Of a DNA stretch of 64,000 nucleotides, positions 20,356-31,572 are shown in pieces; the first letter of the stretch is position 1, and each line of letters opens with the position of its first letter. The DNA comes from Escherichia coli (GTDB lineage Bacteria; Pseudomonadota; Gammaproteobacteria; Enterobacterales; Enterobacteriaceae), in the NCBI RefSeq assembly GCF_024502345.1, contig NZ_JALDNN010000003.1; one strand, 5' to 3'. The notes under the pieces are model-generated. The model saw nothing but the letters and a program-made list of their open reading frames with translations, made no database searches and was not told the DNA's origin. Made by a program: the position numbers and the translations under genes.

Positions 20356-21287
20356 TGACAAGCCAGCATCCTTTACTGAAAATTGCACTTAATGGCGATG
20401 GACTTCTTTCGTGGCCAAATTCACCCGGACAGACTATGCGCTGCCCAACGTGTATGCGAGATGTTATTACGGGTCCGGATGGTGATTTAATACATCAAAT
20501 GGAAGAGGGCGCTAACCCCTGCACGCCATCTGTTGATGTTGTCATTTCAAAGGCGATCATTGAACTACTCAGCACGGGTGAGCGCCTCTATGTCAACCCA
20601 GTTAAGAACGCGAATAGAACACTGGCCCCATCGTTTATCTTTCTGCATAAAGACAAGCAACTTCGACCATTCATAAATACGGAATATCAACCAGCAGGTG
20701 CCACCTGGAGAAGTGATAAAGGGAACAGGCTTGGTTTTTTCTATATGGATGCGCGAGCGTCTAAAATTAATAAGGACCAGTTCGATTTTATTGCTGTAAT
20801 AGACCCATCTACTTTTCAAGCAGAATTTAAGACCTTATGGTCCATGTGTGAATTCGATAACCCCCTTGCCGCGTTACAGCACTTATTGGTTTCAGAGAAT
20901 ATGTCTTCAGTCTGGGTGAAATGGCCTGTTAAAAGCCTACAACCGAGGAAAGAAGCAGTGAAGGCCGATTACTGGTATGACTATTATTCACCTCACTACC
21001 CAGCGCAGCAGGCAGCTTGCACAGCAACAGTGATTGGACTGGAAGGAAATGTATCCGGGGAAACTATTTACATGCTCCAGATCGCTGTAGACCGGTCGAT
21101 AGTTGAGTACCAGCTTGTAAAATCGCTAGGGGTTATATTGCTATTGGATAATACGGGAAATTTGGTATCGGAGACGCGCCCACACTTTGATATAATCATC
21201 AAAGCTTGCATCTCGGGTGTCAGAGACTTTGTACGTCAAAATCCTCGAATGCGAAGTGTGGAGCATCAGATTACCAGTGCAATATGA
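20356..21287 (+). CDS. hypothetical protein (311 aa)
   Basis: ATG at 20356 preceded by GGGGG/GAG SD just after nuclease stop; no family recognised. Confidence 0.55.
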
Positions 21288-21781
21288 GGAAATGGATCAG
21301 CGACTAAATCTGTTGCTCGCCGTAAATACAAGTGCGCACCATAAAATAAAAACACTTTATAAATCAATGACTTTGTCAAAGCTAAGTAGAGATGTCCGGG
21401 GTGGGGCAAAGTTCAAATGTCCTTTGATAATATTGAATTCCTGGATAAAAATCGCATCTTAACCTCTTCGTTTGAGTACCTTGTTGGGTTGACCCCGTAT
21501 TCGCTTTATTTGTAGTATTGGGCTGCTTTGAAGTGTTTCATGTTCAAACGCGACGTGTTCTGTAAGTTCTTCCTGACAACAGAGCCGACAATATATACAC
21601 ATCCGCTATGGAGAATCTGACAACCGCTATGCGTATTACGCCACCCTGAGTTTTTCCTTCCTCTGTCGTACTGAGCAAGCCTCAGCACGCACTCAATAAC
21701 ATCCCGTCTGCGGATGTGCTTTACCGTACGTAAAAATGTAGCCCTCCAGGGCTGACTGTATCTAAAAACTGAGAAATTACT

Positions 21782-23260
21782 ATGTTGCTGTCCTCGACGC
21801 GTAAGGACTGGCTGGGTAACGTCCGTGGTGACGTTCTGGCCGGTATTGTTGTCGCGCTCGCACTCATTCCAGAAGCGATCGCCTTTTCCATTATCGCCGG
21901 TGTTGATCCCCAGGTGGGCCTCTACTCGGCGTTCTGTATTCCTCTCGTTATGGCCTTCTTTGGCGGACGTCCGGCGATGATTTCGTCCTCCACCGGTGCA
22001 ATGGCTCTCCTGATGGTGACGCTGGTGAAAGATCATGGCTTACAGTATTTACTGGCTGCCTCCATACTGACCGGGGTATTCCAGCTGATAGCCGGATATC
22101 TGAAGCTTGGCGGGCTGATGCGTTTTGTTTCACGCTCAGTGGTCACGGGGTTTGTTAATGCACTGGCAATACTGATTTTTATGGCCCAGTTGCCTGAGCT
22201 GACCAATGTGACATGGCATGTTTATGCCATGACTGCGGCAGGGCTGGGGATCATCTATCTCTTCCCTTATATCAACAAAACCATTCCTTCACCGCTTGTG
22301 TGCATCGTGGTGCTGACTGGGATTGCCATGTGGCTGCATCTGGATGTGCGAACCGTCGGGGATATGGGGAAACTTCCCGACAGTCTGCCGGTCTTCCTGC
22401 TCCCGGACGTGCCTTTAAATCTTCAGACGCTGCTCATCATCCTGCCATATTCTGCGGGGCTTGCGGTGGTTGGCCTGCTTGAGTCGATGATGACCGCCAC
22501 TATCGTGGATGACATGACCGACACGCCAAGCGACAAAAACAGGGAGTGCAAAGCTCAGGGCATCGCGAACATCTGCACATCCTTTATCGGAGGAATGGCA
22601 GGCTGCGCGATGATTGGGCAATCTGTTATCAACGTAAAATCCGGTGGACGCGGACGACTTTCAACCCTCACGGCGGGCGTGGTGCTGCTTTGCCTGATTG
22701 TGTTCCTGCGCAACTGGGTCTCCCAAATTCCGATGGCAGCGCTGGTCGCGGTGATGATTATGGTTTCCATCGGGACATTCTCCTGGCGCTCCATTGCCAA
22801 CCTGCGGACACACCCCCTTTCAACCAGCGTGGTCATGCTTGCCACCGTAGCGGTTGTGGTGGCAACACATAATCTGGCCTTCGGTGTGCTGACCGGTGTA
22901 CTGATTGCTTCGCTCAATTTTGCCACTAAAGTATCCCGGTTCATGCGTGTAACCTCAGTTCTGGAGGGGACGAGCCGGACGTATACCGTCACCGGCCAGG
23001 TATTCTTTGCATCAGCAGACCGCTTTACGAGCCACTTTGATTTCCGTGAAGCGATTGAGAATGTGGTGATAGACGTTTCACATGCCCATTTCTGGGACAT
23101 CACGTCCGTCAGCGCCCTGGATAAGGTGGTCATTAAGTTCCGCAGAGAGGGCGCCGGGGTTGAAATACGTGGGATGAATGAAGCCACCCGCACCATCGTT
23201 GACCGGTTTGGTGTTCACGATAAACCTGAAGAAGTCGAAAAACTGATGGGCGGTCATTAA
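21782..23260 (+). CDS. SulP-family anion transporter with C-terminal STAS domain
   Basis: 492 aa, about 10 TM segments, SulP signature region and STAS-like C-terminus. Confidence 0.85.
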   Translation: MLLSSTRKDWLGNVRGDVLAGIVVALALIPEAIAFSIIAGVDPQVGLYSAFCIPLVMAFFGGRPAMISSSTGAMALLMVTLVKDHGLQYLLAASILTGVFQLIAGYLKLGGLMRFVSRSVVTGFVNALAILIFMAQLPELTNVTWHVYAMTAAGLGIIYLFPYINKTIPSPLVCIVVLTGIAMWLHLDVRTVGDMGKLPDSLPVFLLPDVPLNLQTLLIILPYSAGLAVVGLLESMMTATIVDDMTDTPSDKNRECKAQGIANICTSFIGGMAGCAMIGQSVINVKSGGRGRLSTLTAGVVLLCLIVFLRNWVSQIPMAALVAVMIMVSIGTFSWRSIANLRTHPLSTSVVMLATVAVVVATHNLAFGVLTGVLIASLNFATKVSRFMRVTSVLEGTSRTYTVTGQVFFASADRFTSHFDFREAIENVVIDVSHAHFWDITSVSALDKVVIKFRREGAGVEIRGMNEATRTIVDRFGVHDKPEEVEKLMGGH

Positions 23261-23278
23261 CAGACTGGAGGGAAAACT

Positions 23279-24106
23279 ATGAATAATACTGTTACAGCTT
23301 GTGTGGACGGTTCACTTTCAACGCGGTCAGTGTGTGAATATGCGGCGTGGGCAGCCCGCACTTTGCAATCACAGCTAGCACTGTTGCACGTTATCGAAAA
23401 AGACAGCACCCCGGTAGTGTCAGACCTGACCGGCACTCTCGGCATAGACAGTCAGCAATTGCTGACCGATGAGCTGGTAGAAATTGAAGGGCAACGTAAT
23501 CGCCTGCTGATGGCCCAGGGGAAAGCAATACTGGAAAGTTGTGCTGAACTGCTTCAAAAACAGGGAAGCCCGGATGTGCTTTTGATGCAAAAACACGGTA
23601 CACCGGATGAAGTTCTGGCAGAGCTGAGCGACCTTCGTCTCATGGTGCTGGGGCGTCGGGGTAGCCAGCATCCGGTAGGCTCTCATCTGGAAAGCGTTAT
23701 TCGTCTGCAAAAGAAACCCCTACTGGTTGTTCCGGAGAACTACTCAGTGCCTTCCAGAGTCATGCTGGCTTATGATGGCAGTGAAGAAAGCAGGAGTAAC
23801 CTGGAACGTCTGACGATGAGTCCCTTACTCAGGGGGCTGGAGTGCCACCTTGTCATGGTAAACGGTAAGAAGGAAGAGCTGCTGACCGCACAGCAAATTT
23901 TACGTGACGCGGATATAGAAAACAGCACAACACATCTTACCGGGCAATCAGTCGGGGACGCGCTTATTCGTTACGCCGAGGAAAATGCTGTCGATCTGAT
24001 AGTGATGGGGGCCTACGGTCATTCCAGGTTGCGGCAGTTCTTTATCGGTAGTCATACCTCCGAAATGCTGCAAAAGACGCAACAACCGCTTCTTATCCTC
24101 CGTTAG
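23279..24106 (+). CDS. universal stress protein, tandem UspA domains
   Basis: 275 aa with two Usp-like halves (VLGRRG..., VMGAYGHSRL...). Confidence 0.8.
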   Translation: MNNTVTACVDGSLSTRSVCEYAAWAARTLQSQLALLHVIEKDSTPVVSDLTGTLGIDSQQLLTDELVEIEGQRNRLLMAQGKAILESCAELLQKQGSPDVLLMQKHGTPDEVLAELSDLRLMVLGRRGSQHPVGSHLESVIRLQKKPLLVVPENYSVPSRVMLAYDGSEESRSNLERLTMSPLLRGLECHLVMVNGKKEELLTAQQILRDADIENSTTHLTGQSVGDALIRYAEENAVDLIVMGAYGHSRLRQFFIGSHTSEMLQKTQQPLLILR

Positions 24107-24125
24107 CACTGATTATCTTAAATAA

Positions 24126-24150
24126 AAAAGGGCGAGTTCTCTCGCCCTTC
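24126..24150. terminator. bidirectional stem-loop terminator between usp and arsC (convergent)
   Basis: AAAAAAGGGCGAGTTCTCTCGCCCTTCGT hairpin flanked by A/T runs. Confidence 0.5.
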
Positions 24151-24165
24151 GTCACAAGAACACGT

Positions 24166-24591
24166 TTAGTTCAGCCGGTTACCTTTTTCATCAACTACCT
24201 TCTCACCGTCCTCTTTCGTGAACGCGCTTTTCTGCGCATCGGGAAGAATATCCAGCACGACTTCAGAAGGGCGGCATAGCCGGGTACCCAGCGGCGTTAC
24301 CACGATAGGGCGATTGATCAGAACAGGGTGCTGCAACATAAAATCGATTAACTGCTCGTCAGTAAAGCGGTCTTCCGCCAGCCCTAACGCTTCAAAAGGT
24401 TCGACATTCTTACGCAGCAGCGCTCGTACCGTGATCCCCATATCCGCAATGAGTTTTACCAGCTCAGCTCGTGATGGTGGGGTTTCAAGATAATGAATAA
24501 CGGTCGGCTCTGTACCGCTGTTGCGGATCATTTCAAGGGTATTGCGTGACGTGCCGCAGGCCGGGTTGTGATAAATGGTAATGTTGCTCAT
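24166..24591 (-). CDS. arsC: arsenate reductase (glutaredoxin-type)
   Basis: 141 aa MSNITIYHNPACGTSRNTLEMIR... classic ArsC. Confidence 0.92.
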   Translation of the reverse strand: MSNITIYHNPACGTSRNTLEMIRNSGTEPTVIHYLETPPSRAELVKLIADMGITVRALLRKNVEPFEALGLAEDRFTDEQLIDFMLQHPVLINRPIVVTPLGTRLCRPSEVVLDILPDAQKSAFTKEDGEKVVDEKGNRLN

Positions 24592-24603
24592 ATCAGTATC
24601 TCA

Positions 24604-25893
24604 TTACAAAGTGAAAGACAGACGAAGCGCCAGTGCTGCAAGCGTGACAAACAGCACGGGGATTGTCATGACAATGCCCACCCGGAAGTAATATCCCCAG
24701 GTAATTTTGATATTTTTCTGCGACAGAACGTGCAGCCACAGTAACGTTGCCAGACTGCCGATAGGGGTAATTTTTGGCCCCAGGTCGCTGCCGATGACGT
24801 TGGCGTAAATCATCGCTTCTTTGATAACACCGGTCGCAGTGCTGCCATCAATCGACAGCGCCCCGACCAGCACGGTCGGCATATTGTTCATCACTGATGA
24901 CAGGAAGGCCGTCAGGAAGCCCGTACCCAGCGTTGCCGCCCACAATCCCTGCTCTGCCAGCTGATTCAGCAAGGAAGAGAGATAGTGGGTCAGACCGGCA
25001 TTTCGTAAGCCGTAGACCACCAGGTACATCCCCAGCGAGAAGATAACGATTTGCCAGGGCGCACCACGCAGCACCTTACCGGTGTTAATGGCATGCCCTT
25101 TTTTCGCAACAGCAAACAGAAGCAATGCACCAGCGGCTGCGACCAAACTGACCGGTACGCCCAGCGGCTCCAGTCCGAAGAATCCCACCAGAAGCAACAC
25201 CAGAACCAGCCAGCCGGTTTTAAAGGTATTCACATCACGTATAGCGTCTTTCGGTTCTTTCAACAGAGAAACGTCGTAAACGGCGGGAATGTCCTTACGG
25301 AAAAACAGATGCAGCATCACCAGCGTAGCCGCAATCGCGGCCAGGTTAACCGGGACCATCACGGCGGCATATTCTGAGAAACCAAGCTTAAAGAAATCCG
25401 CCGAGACGATATTCACCAGGTTTGAGACAATCAGTGGCAGGCTTGCCGTGTCAGCGATAAACCCTGCGGCCATGATAAACGCTAAGGTTGCCCCCCGGCT
25501 GAATCCCAGCGCCAGCAGCATCGCGATAACGATAGGTGTCAGGATCAGTGCCGCACCGTCGTTGGCAAACAGTGCCGCAACCATCGCACCAAGCAGGACG
25601 ATCCAGGTGAAGAGCAGCCGCCCCCGGCCATTCCCCCAACGGGCAACGTGCAGCGCGGCCCATTCAAAGAAGCCGGATTCGTCGAGCAGAAGACTGATGA
25701 TGATCACGGCGATAAAGGTGGCGGTCGCATTCCACACTATCTGCCAGACCACCGGAATATCCCCCAGATGAACGACGCCAGTCAGCAATGCCAGAATTGC
25801 GCCCAGTGAGGCACTCCAGCCAATCCCCAGCCCTCTGGGTTGCCAGATAACCAGGACGAGCGTGAATAAAAAGATAGCACCAGCCAGTAACAT
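24604..25893 (-). CDS. arsB: arsenite efflux permease
   Basis: [28 protein letters not shown]... about 429 aa polytopic membrane protein matching ArsB. Confidence 0.92.
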   Translation of the reverse strand: MLLAGAIFLFTLVLVIWQPRGLGIGWSASLGAILALLTGVVHLGDIPVVWQIVWNATATFIAVIIISLLLDESGFFEWAALHVARWGNGRGRLLFTWIVLLGAMVAALFANDGAALILTPIVIAMLLALGFSRGATLAFIMAAGFIADTASLPLIVSNLVNIVSADFFKLGFSEYAAVMVPVNLAAIAATLVMLHLFFRKDIPAVYDVSLLKEPKDAIRDVNTFKTGWLVLVLLLVGFFGLEPLGVPVSLVAAAGALLLFAVAKKGHAINTGKVLRGAPWQIVIFSLGMYLVVYGLRNAGLTHYLSSLLNQLAEQGLWAATLGTGFLTAFLSSVMNNMPTVLVGALSIDGSTATGVIKEAMIYANVIGSDLGPKITPIGSLATLLWLHVLSQKNIKITWGYYFRVGIVMTIPVLFVTLAALALRLSFTL

Positions 25894-25938
25894 CAGAAAC
25901 TCCATTCACATTTGTTTATTCGGATATATATATCGCCA

Positions 25939-26259
25939 TCAGCAGGAGACAGATGCCACGCTACTGAGCTTGTTGCGTATGTTTTCTCGTTCACAGTTCC
26001 AGGCTGTATCAATAATACCCGCAGCCCATGCTGGCATGTGTGGCGACAGTCGGTAATGCACCCATTTTCCTTCGCGACGGTCGATGACCAGCTCGGCTTC
26101 ACGTAAAAGGGCCATATGGCGAGAAATTTTTGGCTGAGACTCTGCGGTTGCCGCACAGATGTCACAGACGCACATTTCACCGGACTCCCTGAGAAGCATC
26201 ACGATAGTTGAACGGGTCTCGTCGGCGAGCAGTTTAAAAAGCTGAACAGGCTGTAGCAT
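25939..26259 (-). CDS. arsR: arsenical resistance operon repressor (ArsR/SmtB family)
   Basis: MLQPVQLFKLLADETRSTIVMLL...ELCVCDIC (metal-binding CVC)... Confidence 0.88.
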   Translation of the reverse strand: MLQPVQLFKLLADETRSTIVMLLRESGEMCVCDICAATAESQPKISRHMALLREAELVIDRREGKWVHYRLSPHMPAWAAGIIDTAWNCERENIRNKLSSVASVSC

Positions 26260-26345
26260 GCTTAACCTCGTAAAAAAATAACAATACATATGGTATTTCA
26301 TATGTGATAACTTTTAAAGCATAGCTTATGAAATGGAGATTTTTT

Positions 26346-27050
26346 ATGACCGACTTACCAGCAATCGAACCGGCTTATTTTGATGATGCGCTTGCCAGCA
26401 AACTTACGGGCAACAACGAAACCATGCCGCGAATTCTCATCCTGTACGGTTCAGTACGAGAGCGGTCCTACAGTCGTTTTGCAGCGGAAGAGGCCGGGCG
26501 GTTGCTGGCAAAGATGGGGGCTGAGGTGAAAATATTTAACCCATCCGGTCTGCCGTTACCCGATGATGCGCCCGAAAGTCACCCCAAAGTGCTTGAACTC
26601 CGCGAGCTGGTCAGGTGGTGTGACGGAATGGTCTGGAGTTCTCCGGAAAGACATGGCGCCATGAGCTCGGTGATGAAGGCCCAGATTGACTGGATACCCC
26701 TGAGTGAAGGTGCTGTTCGTCCTTCCCAGGGTAAAACGCTGGCCGTCATGCAGGTTTGTGGTGGTTCACAGTCGTTTAACACGGTCAATCAGATGCGGAT
26801 ACTTGGCCGCTGGATGCGGATGTTCACCATCCCCAATCAGTCGTCAGTGCCAAAGGCATGGCAGGAATTTGATGATGAAGGGCGCATGAAACCCTCACCC
26901 TGGTATGACAGGATTGTCGACGTTACCGAAGAGTTGTTCAAAATGACGTTACTCCTGAAAGGGCACACAGCCTACCTGTCCGACCGCTACAGCGAAAGGA
27001 AAGAGAGTCATCAGGAGCTCGCGGCACGGGTCAATCAGGCCAAAATCTGA
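26346..27050 (+). CDS. arsH: ArsH (NADPH-dependent FMN reductase family)
   Basis: MTDLPAIEP...[18 protein letters not shown]... typical ArsH; divergent from arsR. Confidence 0.85.
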   Translation: MTDLPAIEPAYFDDALASKLTGNNETMPRILILYGSVRERSYSRFAAEEAGRLLAKMGAEVKIFNPSGLPLPDDAPESHPKVLELRELVRWCDGMVWSSPERHGAMSSVMKAQIDWIPLSEGAVRPSQGKTLAVMQVCGGSQSFNTVNQMRILGRWMRMFTIPNQSSVPKAWQEFDDEGRMKPSPWYDRIVDVTEELFKMTLLLKGHTAYLSDRYSERKESHQELAARVNQAKI

Positions 27051-27082
27051 CAGCCAGGCATGCCCGGATGGATTACCGGGCT

Positions 27083-28486
27083 TTAAATCGGTTTCTTCCC
27101 AAATATCTCTTCAGAGCGTGACTGAAGTTTCACCAGGGCATTGAACATATCGTCCTGATCCAGGGAACGCTGGGATTTCTTCGTCGTGGGAGCTTTACGC
27201 CTGCGAGAAGGGCCGTCTCCGGATGGTACGGATTGCGACCGGTTATTATCCCGCTCGGCCTGGACCAGCTGCGCCATTTCCAGGGCCCGCCCCAGACGTT
27301 TGTTATCCACAATGGCCCCCTGATCGATTTCAGAAAGCTTGTCATAGGTGGAGTAGGGAAGTGATACGCCATTAAGCCGGAGCTCTTTATGTCCATCCGG
27401 GTAATGCCAGACATCGATGTATTTACCAATCGCCCGACGACTGAATTCGCTGTCTTCAATCAGATAAAGGACTTTGTCGTATTGCACTGTGAGTGATTTC
27501 GACACTTTACGAGCTTCACGCCAGTTAAATACCATATCAAGATCGTCATCGACATCCAGTTCCCGATGAACATCAAACTCCTGGCGAGGCGCTTTTGCGA
27601 AACGACGGTTGTAATCGTTCATGAACTCTTCGGCAAATGCGTTCGCAGCTTCCATGGAACTGATGCCCTGGAGCCTGAGCTCCTTGACCAGTCGGTCCTG
27701 AAGCGTCAGGTGCGCCCGTTCAACGCGGCCTTTGGCAGCACTGGTTTCTGCACAAATGGTCTGAATGTTCAGTTCATGCATCGCACGGCCAAACTGGGTA
27801 TCGCCGTCGCCGCCGGTTGCATTTTTATTGTTGATCCTGAATACGCTGGCTTTGTCGCTGTACAGCGCAAGCGGTTTGCCATGTTTTTCAATATAGCCCC
27901 GGGTCGCTTCAAAATAGGTGAAAGTAGACTCAGATTTCACGAAAAGAAGCTGCATTAAACGACTGGTTGCGTCATCAACGTAAACCAGTGCCGTACACTT
28001 AGGTCCCCGATTTTCAAACCAGTGGTGGTCGCAGCCGTCGATTTGTATGAGTTCACCGGCACAGGCACGGCGGTAACGAGGTTGCTGAATTTTTGGCGCA
28101 CGTTGCTTACGTGGGACCCACAGACTGGCCTGAGTCATCAGCTTACGGACGGTTTCTTTGGAAAGATGAACACCGTGCACCTCAGACAGTTTTTCACAGG
28201 CCAGCGTCGGACCGAAATCGTTATAGCGTTCGCGAATAATGTTCAGCGCGTATGCGGCCAGTCCCTGAGGCAACTGGTTGTTACTGGATTTACCACGACG
28301 GCGGCTGGTCATGCCAATCGGACCATCTTCACGATAACGCGCAAGCAGACGACGGCACTGACGGTCGGAGATACCAAGCCGCTGAGCTGCCATTTGTGTT
28401 GTCAGACGCCGGTCGATGACATCCTGAATGATTTTGAGTCGGTTAACTTCATCCAATGTGAAAAACTCCGCTGCGAGAGCCGTCAT
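27083..28486 (-). CDS. DDE transposase (integrase-core type, ISNCY/IS1202-like; family tentative)
   Basis: 467 aa: N-terminal HTH (LGISDRQCRRLL), DDE core (IQIDGCDHHWF...VYVDDATSRL...ETSAAKGRVERAHLTLQDRL). Confidence 0.8.
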   Translation of the reverse strand: MTALAAEFFTLDEVNRLKIIQDVIDRRLTTQMAAQRLGISDRQCRRLLARYREDGPIGMTSRRRGKSSNNQLPQGLAAYALNIIRERYNDFGPTLACEKLSEVHGVHLSKETVRKLMTQASLWVPRKQRAPKIQQPRYRRACAGELIQIDGCDHHWFENRGPKCTALVYVDDATSRLMQLLFVKSESTFTYFEATRGYIEKHGKPLALYSDKASVFRINNKNATGGDGDTQFGRAMHELNIQTICAETSAAKGRVERAHLTLQDRLVKELRLQGISSMEAANAFAEEFMNDYNRRFAKAPRQEFDVHRELDVDDDLDMVFNWREARKVSKSLTVQYDKVLYLIEDSEFSRRAIGKYIDVWHYPDGHKELRLNGVSLPYSTYDKLSEIDQGAIVDNKRLGRALEMAQLVQAERDNNRSQSVPSGDGPSRRRKAPTTKKSQRSLDQDDMFNALVKLQSRSEEIFGKKPI

Positions 28487-28780
28487 GGTAATCCTTACTT
28501 GATTATACACGCCGGACATCTTAACTTAGCCATTATCGGACATTACAACTTTGCTACTACAGACTTTGTCAAAGCAAGTTTAAAATGTCACCTCTTTGTG
28601 CAAGATAGAAAGGGCACTTTCAGCCTATGTAATCATATTAATGTGACTGCTGCGTTATCCCACTCAACCAATTAATAAAGCAAAAGTTAAATATGAAAGA
28701 CTGGAATAAAAATATAACGAAAACATCTTAATATGGAAATATCTGTGTCAACGGGATCTTTAGTTATTGAATATCTGGTT

Positions 28781-29587
28781 CTAAATAGGTTCTACATTCA
28801 ACGGGAAGGGAAACCAAATATCTATATGTTTTTTATAAATACCATTACGTGGCAAACAACAATCTGCATATTTTTTTAAAGAATCTCCACATGGACAAAT
28901 ATTTTCTGGCGATAATACTCCATCATGTTCTTTCGCCTTAAATCTCCAGGTCGTAATATTGAAAATTTGATGTGGGGATTGTATGTATTTGACAACACTA
29001 ATTAAAGTTGAATAGTTATAATGATCACCATCATTGGAGAAAAAAACACTACATTTGTTAACGGGATTACTAACTATGTCATAAGTAATTAATTCAAAAT
29101 CGATCACTTCATCAAAGCAAAGAACTCCATTATAAAGTTTATTTTTAACATGACCACAATCATTAATAAAACTACGGGTTGTATTACATACTGAACATTT
29201 CACTTCTTTTATTATTTCACGAGAACTACCGAAGATTTTATATGGGAATAACGCCTGCCAATTACATACCATTCTCGCTAAGAAGTTAACACCATAGAAA
29301 TTAACCTCAGGCAGAAACTCATTATTTTCTTTAATATGTATTAAATCTATTTCTATCCTTTCAAGTTCTACCCATGCTTCATAAAAATCACCTCTTGTAA
29401 GTAAATTAATGACTTGAATATATTTTAAATGGGCTAGTAAAATTGTTTTGTATAAAAACAATCTGTTTGATTCATTATTCAAGCTCAAGGATTGAGCTTT
29501 TTTTAACTCAGCATTAAGATAATCAAGAATAGCACTATCTTCTTGAGTAATACACATCCAACGCTTTAACTTTTCGTGAATATTCAT
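28781..29587 (-). CDS. candidate defence operon gene D: SEC-C / zinc-finger protein (268 aa)
   Basis: C-terminal CPCGDSLKKYADCC (SEC-C-like metal-binding motif) plus CSVCN...CGH; AT-rich. Confidence 0.6.
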   Translation of the reverse strand: MNIHEKLKRWMCITQEDSAILDYLNAELKKAQSLSLNNESNRLFLYKTILLAHLKYIQVINLLTRGDFYEAWVELERIEIDLIHIKENNEFLPEVNFYGVNFLARMVCNWQALFPYKIFGSSREIIKEVKCSVCNTTRSFINDCGHVKNKLYNGVLCFDEVIDFELITYDIVSNPVNKCSVFFSNDGDHYNYSTLISVVKYIQSPHQIFNITTWRFKAKEHDGVLSPENICPCGDSLKKYADCCLPRNGIYKKHIDIWFPFPLNVEPI

Positions 29588-29604
29588 AATATCTATATAG
29601 ATTT

Positions 29605-30051
29605 TTATTTGATTTTGTTAATTACTTTTAAAACATCGTCTACTTTTCCAGAAACAGTGTATTTCACATGTTTTCCTGATTTATTTTTTTTAATTATAGA
29701 GACTTTAACGTCTATATCTCTAGTTCCAAAGTTATCAATTTTTTTCTGAATATAATTTGAAACAAGATTTACTAAAAAAGGTATCATTACTGATGTGGCA
29801 AAGAAAGTGCCTAACGCTAACGTTATACTGTTTAATTGCAGGTACGAAACACCATTAGAATCTCCGTACACTTTAACATTAGAATGTGATTGCTTGGTGA
29901 ACTGGAAAAAATCCAGTGCATTACCTCCAGTAATTTTTGAACTATCAAAAACGATCGCAATCTCATCATCTTGAGGTTCATATGAAGAAATGATTTTTAC
30001 CTCTTCATCTTCATCACTCATTTCACTCAAAGTAATGGGGTTCATTCTCAA
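29605..30051 (-). CDS. candidate defence operon gene C: small single-TM protein (148 aa)
   Basis: Acidic N-terminus, hydrophobic segment ITLALGTFFATSVMIPFLVNLV, basic C-terminus; 17 bp upstream of gene D. Confidence 0.5.
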   Translation of the reverse strand: MRMNPITLSEMSDEDEEVKIISSYEPQDDEIAIVFDSSKITGGNALDFFQFTKQSHSNVKVYGDSNGVSYLQLNSITLALGTFFATSVMIPFLVNLVSNYIQKKIDNFGTRDIDVKVSIIKKNKSGKHVKYTVSGKVDDVLKVINKIK

Positions 30052-30197
30052 CTCCTTGTTTTATATTTTTACATTCAAATTTTACTATACGACTGGTTAA
30101 TTGCTCCTGTCCAACACACACCAGAGTTCATATGCTTAGCATACAAGGGACCAATGCCAGTAGCGACAGGCTAGTGTGTCAAAAAACCACATGAAGA

Positions 30198-31559
30198 TCA
30201 ATCTCCTGCGGAAAATTTGGCCGCAATTAGTTTCATTGTCCTTTCCATGCCTTGATAAACTGTCGCATCTGTAATGTTTAACCTTGCGAGTTCCTTAAGT
30301 ATTCTAGCTTTGTTTCTGATCACTATTTTTTCTACTTTAAACTCTTGCATAGCATCATCAGGGTTTGAAACTAAATCGGGATAAACAGCATTATTCCCAA
30401 ATAATAAGAATGCACCTGACTGTGATGACATCCTTTCATTATTATTTCTTCCTTTAACGAAAATTAACCTTTCCAAATCTGATGGTATAATTACATCTTT
30501 AAAATAAGGTTTTTCATCTTTAATGTAATGTATGAGTTTTTGACAAGCTTCAGTTTTATTGAAAGCCTCCTTGTCCATTTTACAATCCAGCTGATCTTTC
30601 AGTGTTTGACTTAGCATTGATATATTTGATATGCAACTTACTGTATCAGAGTCAAAGAATTTTATACGATCCCTTTTTGTTTTGAAAATAATAACATGTC
30701 CATCAACCTCATTTGTATTTTCATTATTACTAATGTCGCAACAAGCGAAATACAGAGCGATTAGTGGATTTGATGTTATATCCAACAAACGAGTTGGTAG
30801 TCCGTAGTGTTGCATCCTTACTAACTTGTCTAGCATTGTTTTATCATCAACAAACTCAGTTGGCCTTGCTGTTAGGGCTTCACGGACTAAATTTGATTCA
30901 CTGTGCAAATGCTTGAAGTTACCTTTTTTGTTTTTCCTGAAAACTGATGGAGCCAACTCGTAAGATACATCAGAATGTCCACGATAAAATATTTCTGCAT
31001 CTTCTTCATGATCTTGTTCTAAAACACGCGCCATGAAACTTTGAACATTATCTATTATTGGGTAGTTATCAACTTCATCAGGAAGTGCTTCAGTAGGAGG
31101 AAGTGGTGTACTTCTTGTCGTTATATTTAGAAGTGCTAATGTTTGATTTAAATCACGTGCTTTTATTCCCCAGTGAGTCCGTTTCAGCCCATATGCACCT
31201 AATTCTAAAGCTGTTTGATATAACTCTTTGTTTATCACTACGACATCATCTTGTGAGTGAGTGATTCTGAAATCAAACTCAACATTTTTGTTAACTGTTC
31301 GTAGATTTGAAATTACACCAAGTCGCAAAGTAATGTATTCAACATTGTCTCGGGAATAAAGTTCTGACATAAAAAGCGTAGGTAATTTCTCAATATAAGA
31401 TAATGCTTTATCATTCAAAGGCGTTAACTTCAACCGGATGTCATCAGAGGTGCCTTCTAACATACGTGATATAGGAAAATCACAACTCCCACTAACCCGT
31501 TCATACATGGGCCAATGTTCAAAATAGTCAGGTTCTCCGCCCATAATTAGATTAAACAT
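30198..31559 (-). CDS. candidate defence operon gene B: FRG-domain protein (453 aa)
   Basis: FRG-domain signature block IFYRGHSD...LAPSVFR...RMQHYGLPTRLLDITSNPLIALYFAC...SSQSGAFLLFG preceded by about 190-aa unknown N-domain. Confidence 0.7.
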   Translation of the reverse strand: MFNLIMGGEPDYFEHWPMYERVSGSCDFPISRMLEGTSDDIRLKLTPLNDKALSYIEKLPTLFMSELYSRDNVEYITLRLGVISNLRTVNKNVEFDFRITHSQDDVVVINKELYQTALELGAYGLKRTHWGIKARDLNQTLALLNITTRSTPLPPTEALPDEVDNYPIIDNVQSFMARVLEQDHEEDAEIFYRGHSDVSYELAPSVFRKNKKGNFKHLHSESNLVREALTARPTEFVDDKTMLDKLVRMQHYGLPTRLLDITSNPLIALYFACCDISNNENTNEVDGHVIIFKTKRDRIKFFDSDTVSCISNISMLSQTLKDQLDCKMDKEAFNKTEACQKLIHYIKDEKPYFKDVIIPSDLERLIFVKGRNNNERMSSQSGAFLLFGNNAVYPDLVSNPDDAMQEFKVEKIVIRNKARILKELARLNITDATVYQGMERTMKLIAAKFSAGD

Positions 31560-31572
31560 TAAAACTAAATCC

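Noticed and set aside
21506-22036. 176-aa minus-strand ORF from the ORF track
   Set aside because: Lies antisense within and upstream of the well-supported SulP transporter gene; arginine/histidine-rich translation typical of antisense read-through of GC-rich DNA.
21369-28585. 14-bp exact direct repeat GACTTTGTCAAAGC at 21369-21382 and 28572-28585, bracketing the sulP-usp-ars-transposase block
   Set aside because: In 64 kb several exact 14-mers are expected to repeat by chance (about 7 same-strand pairs), and the flanks diverge immediately; not enough to call transposon ends.
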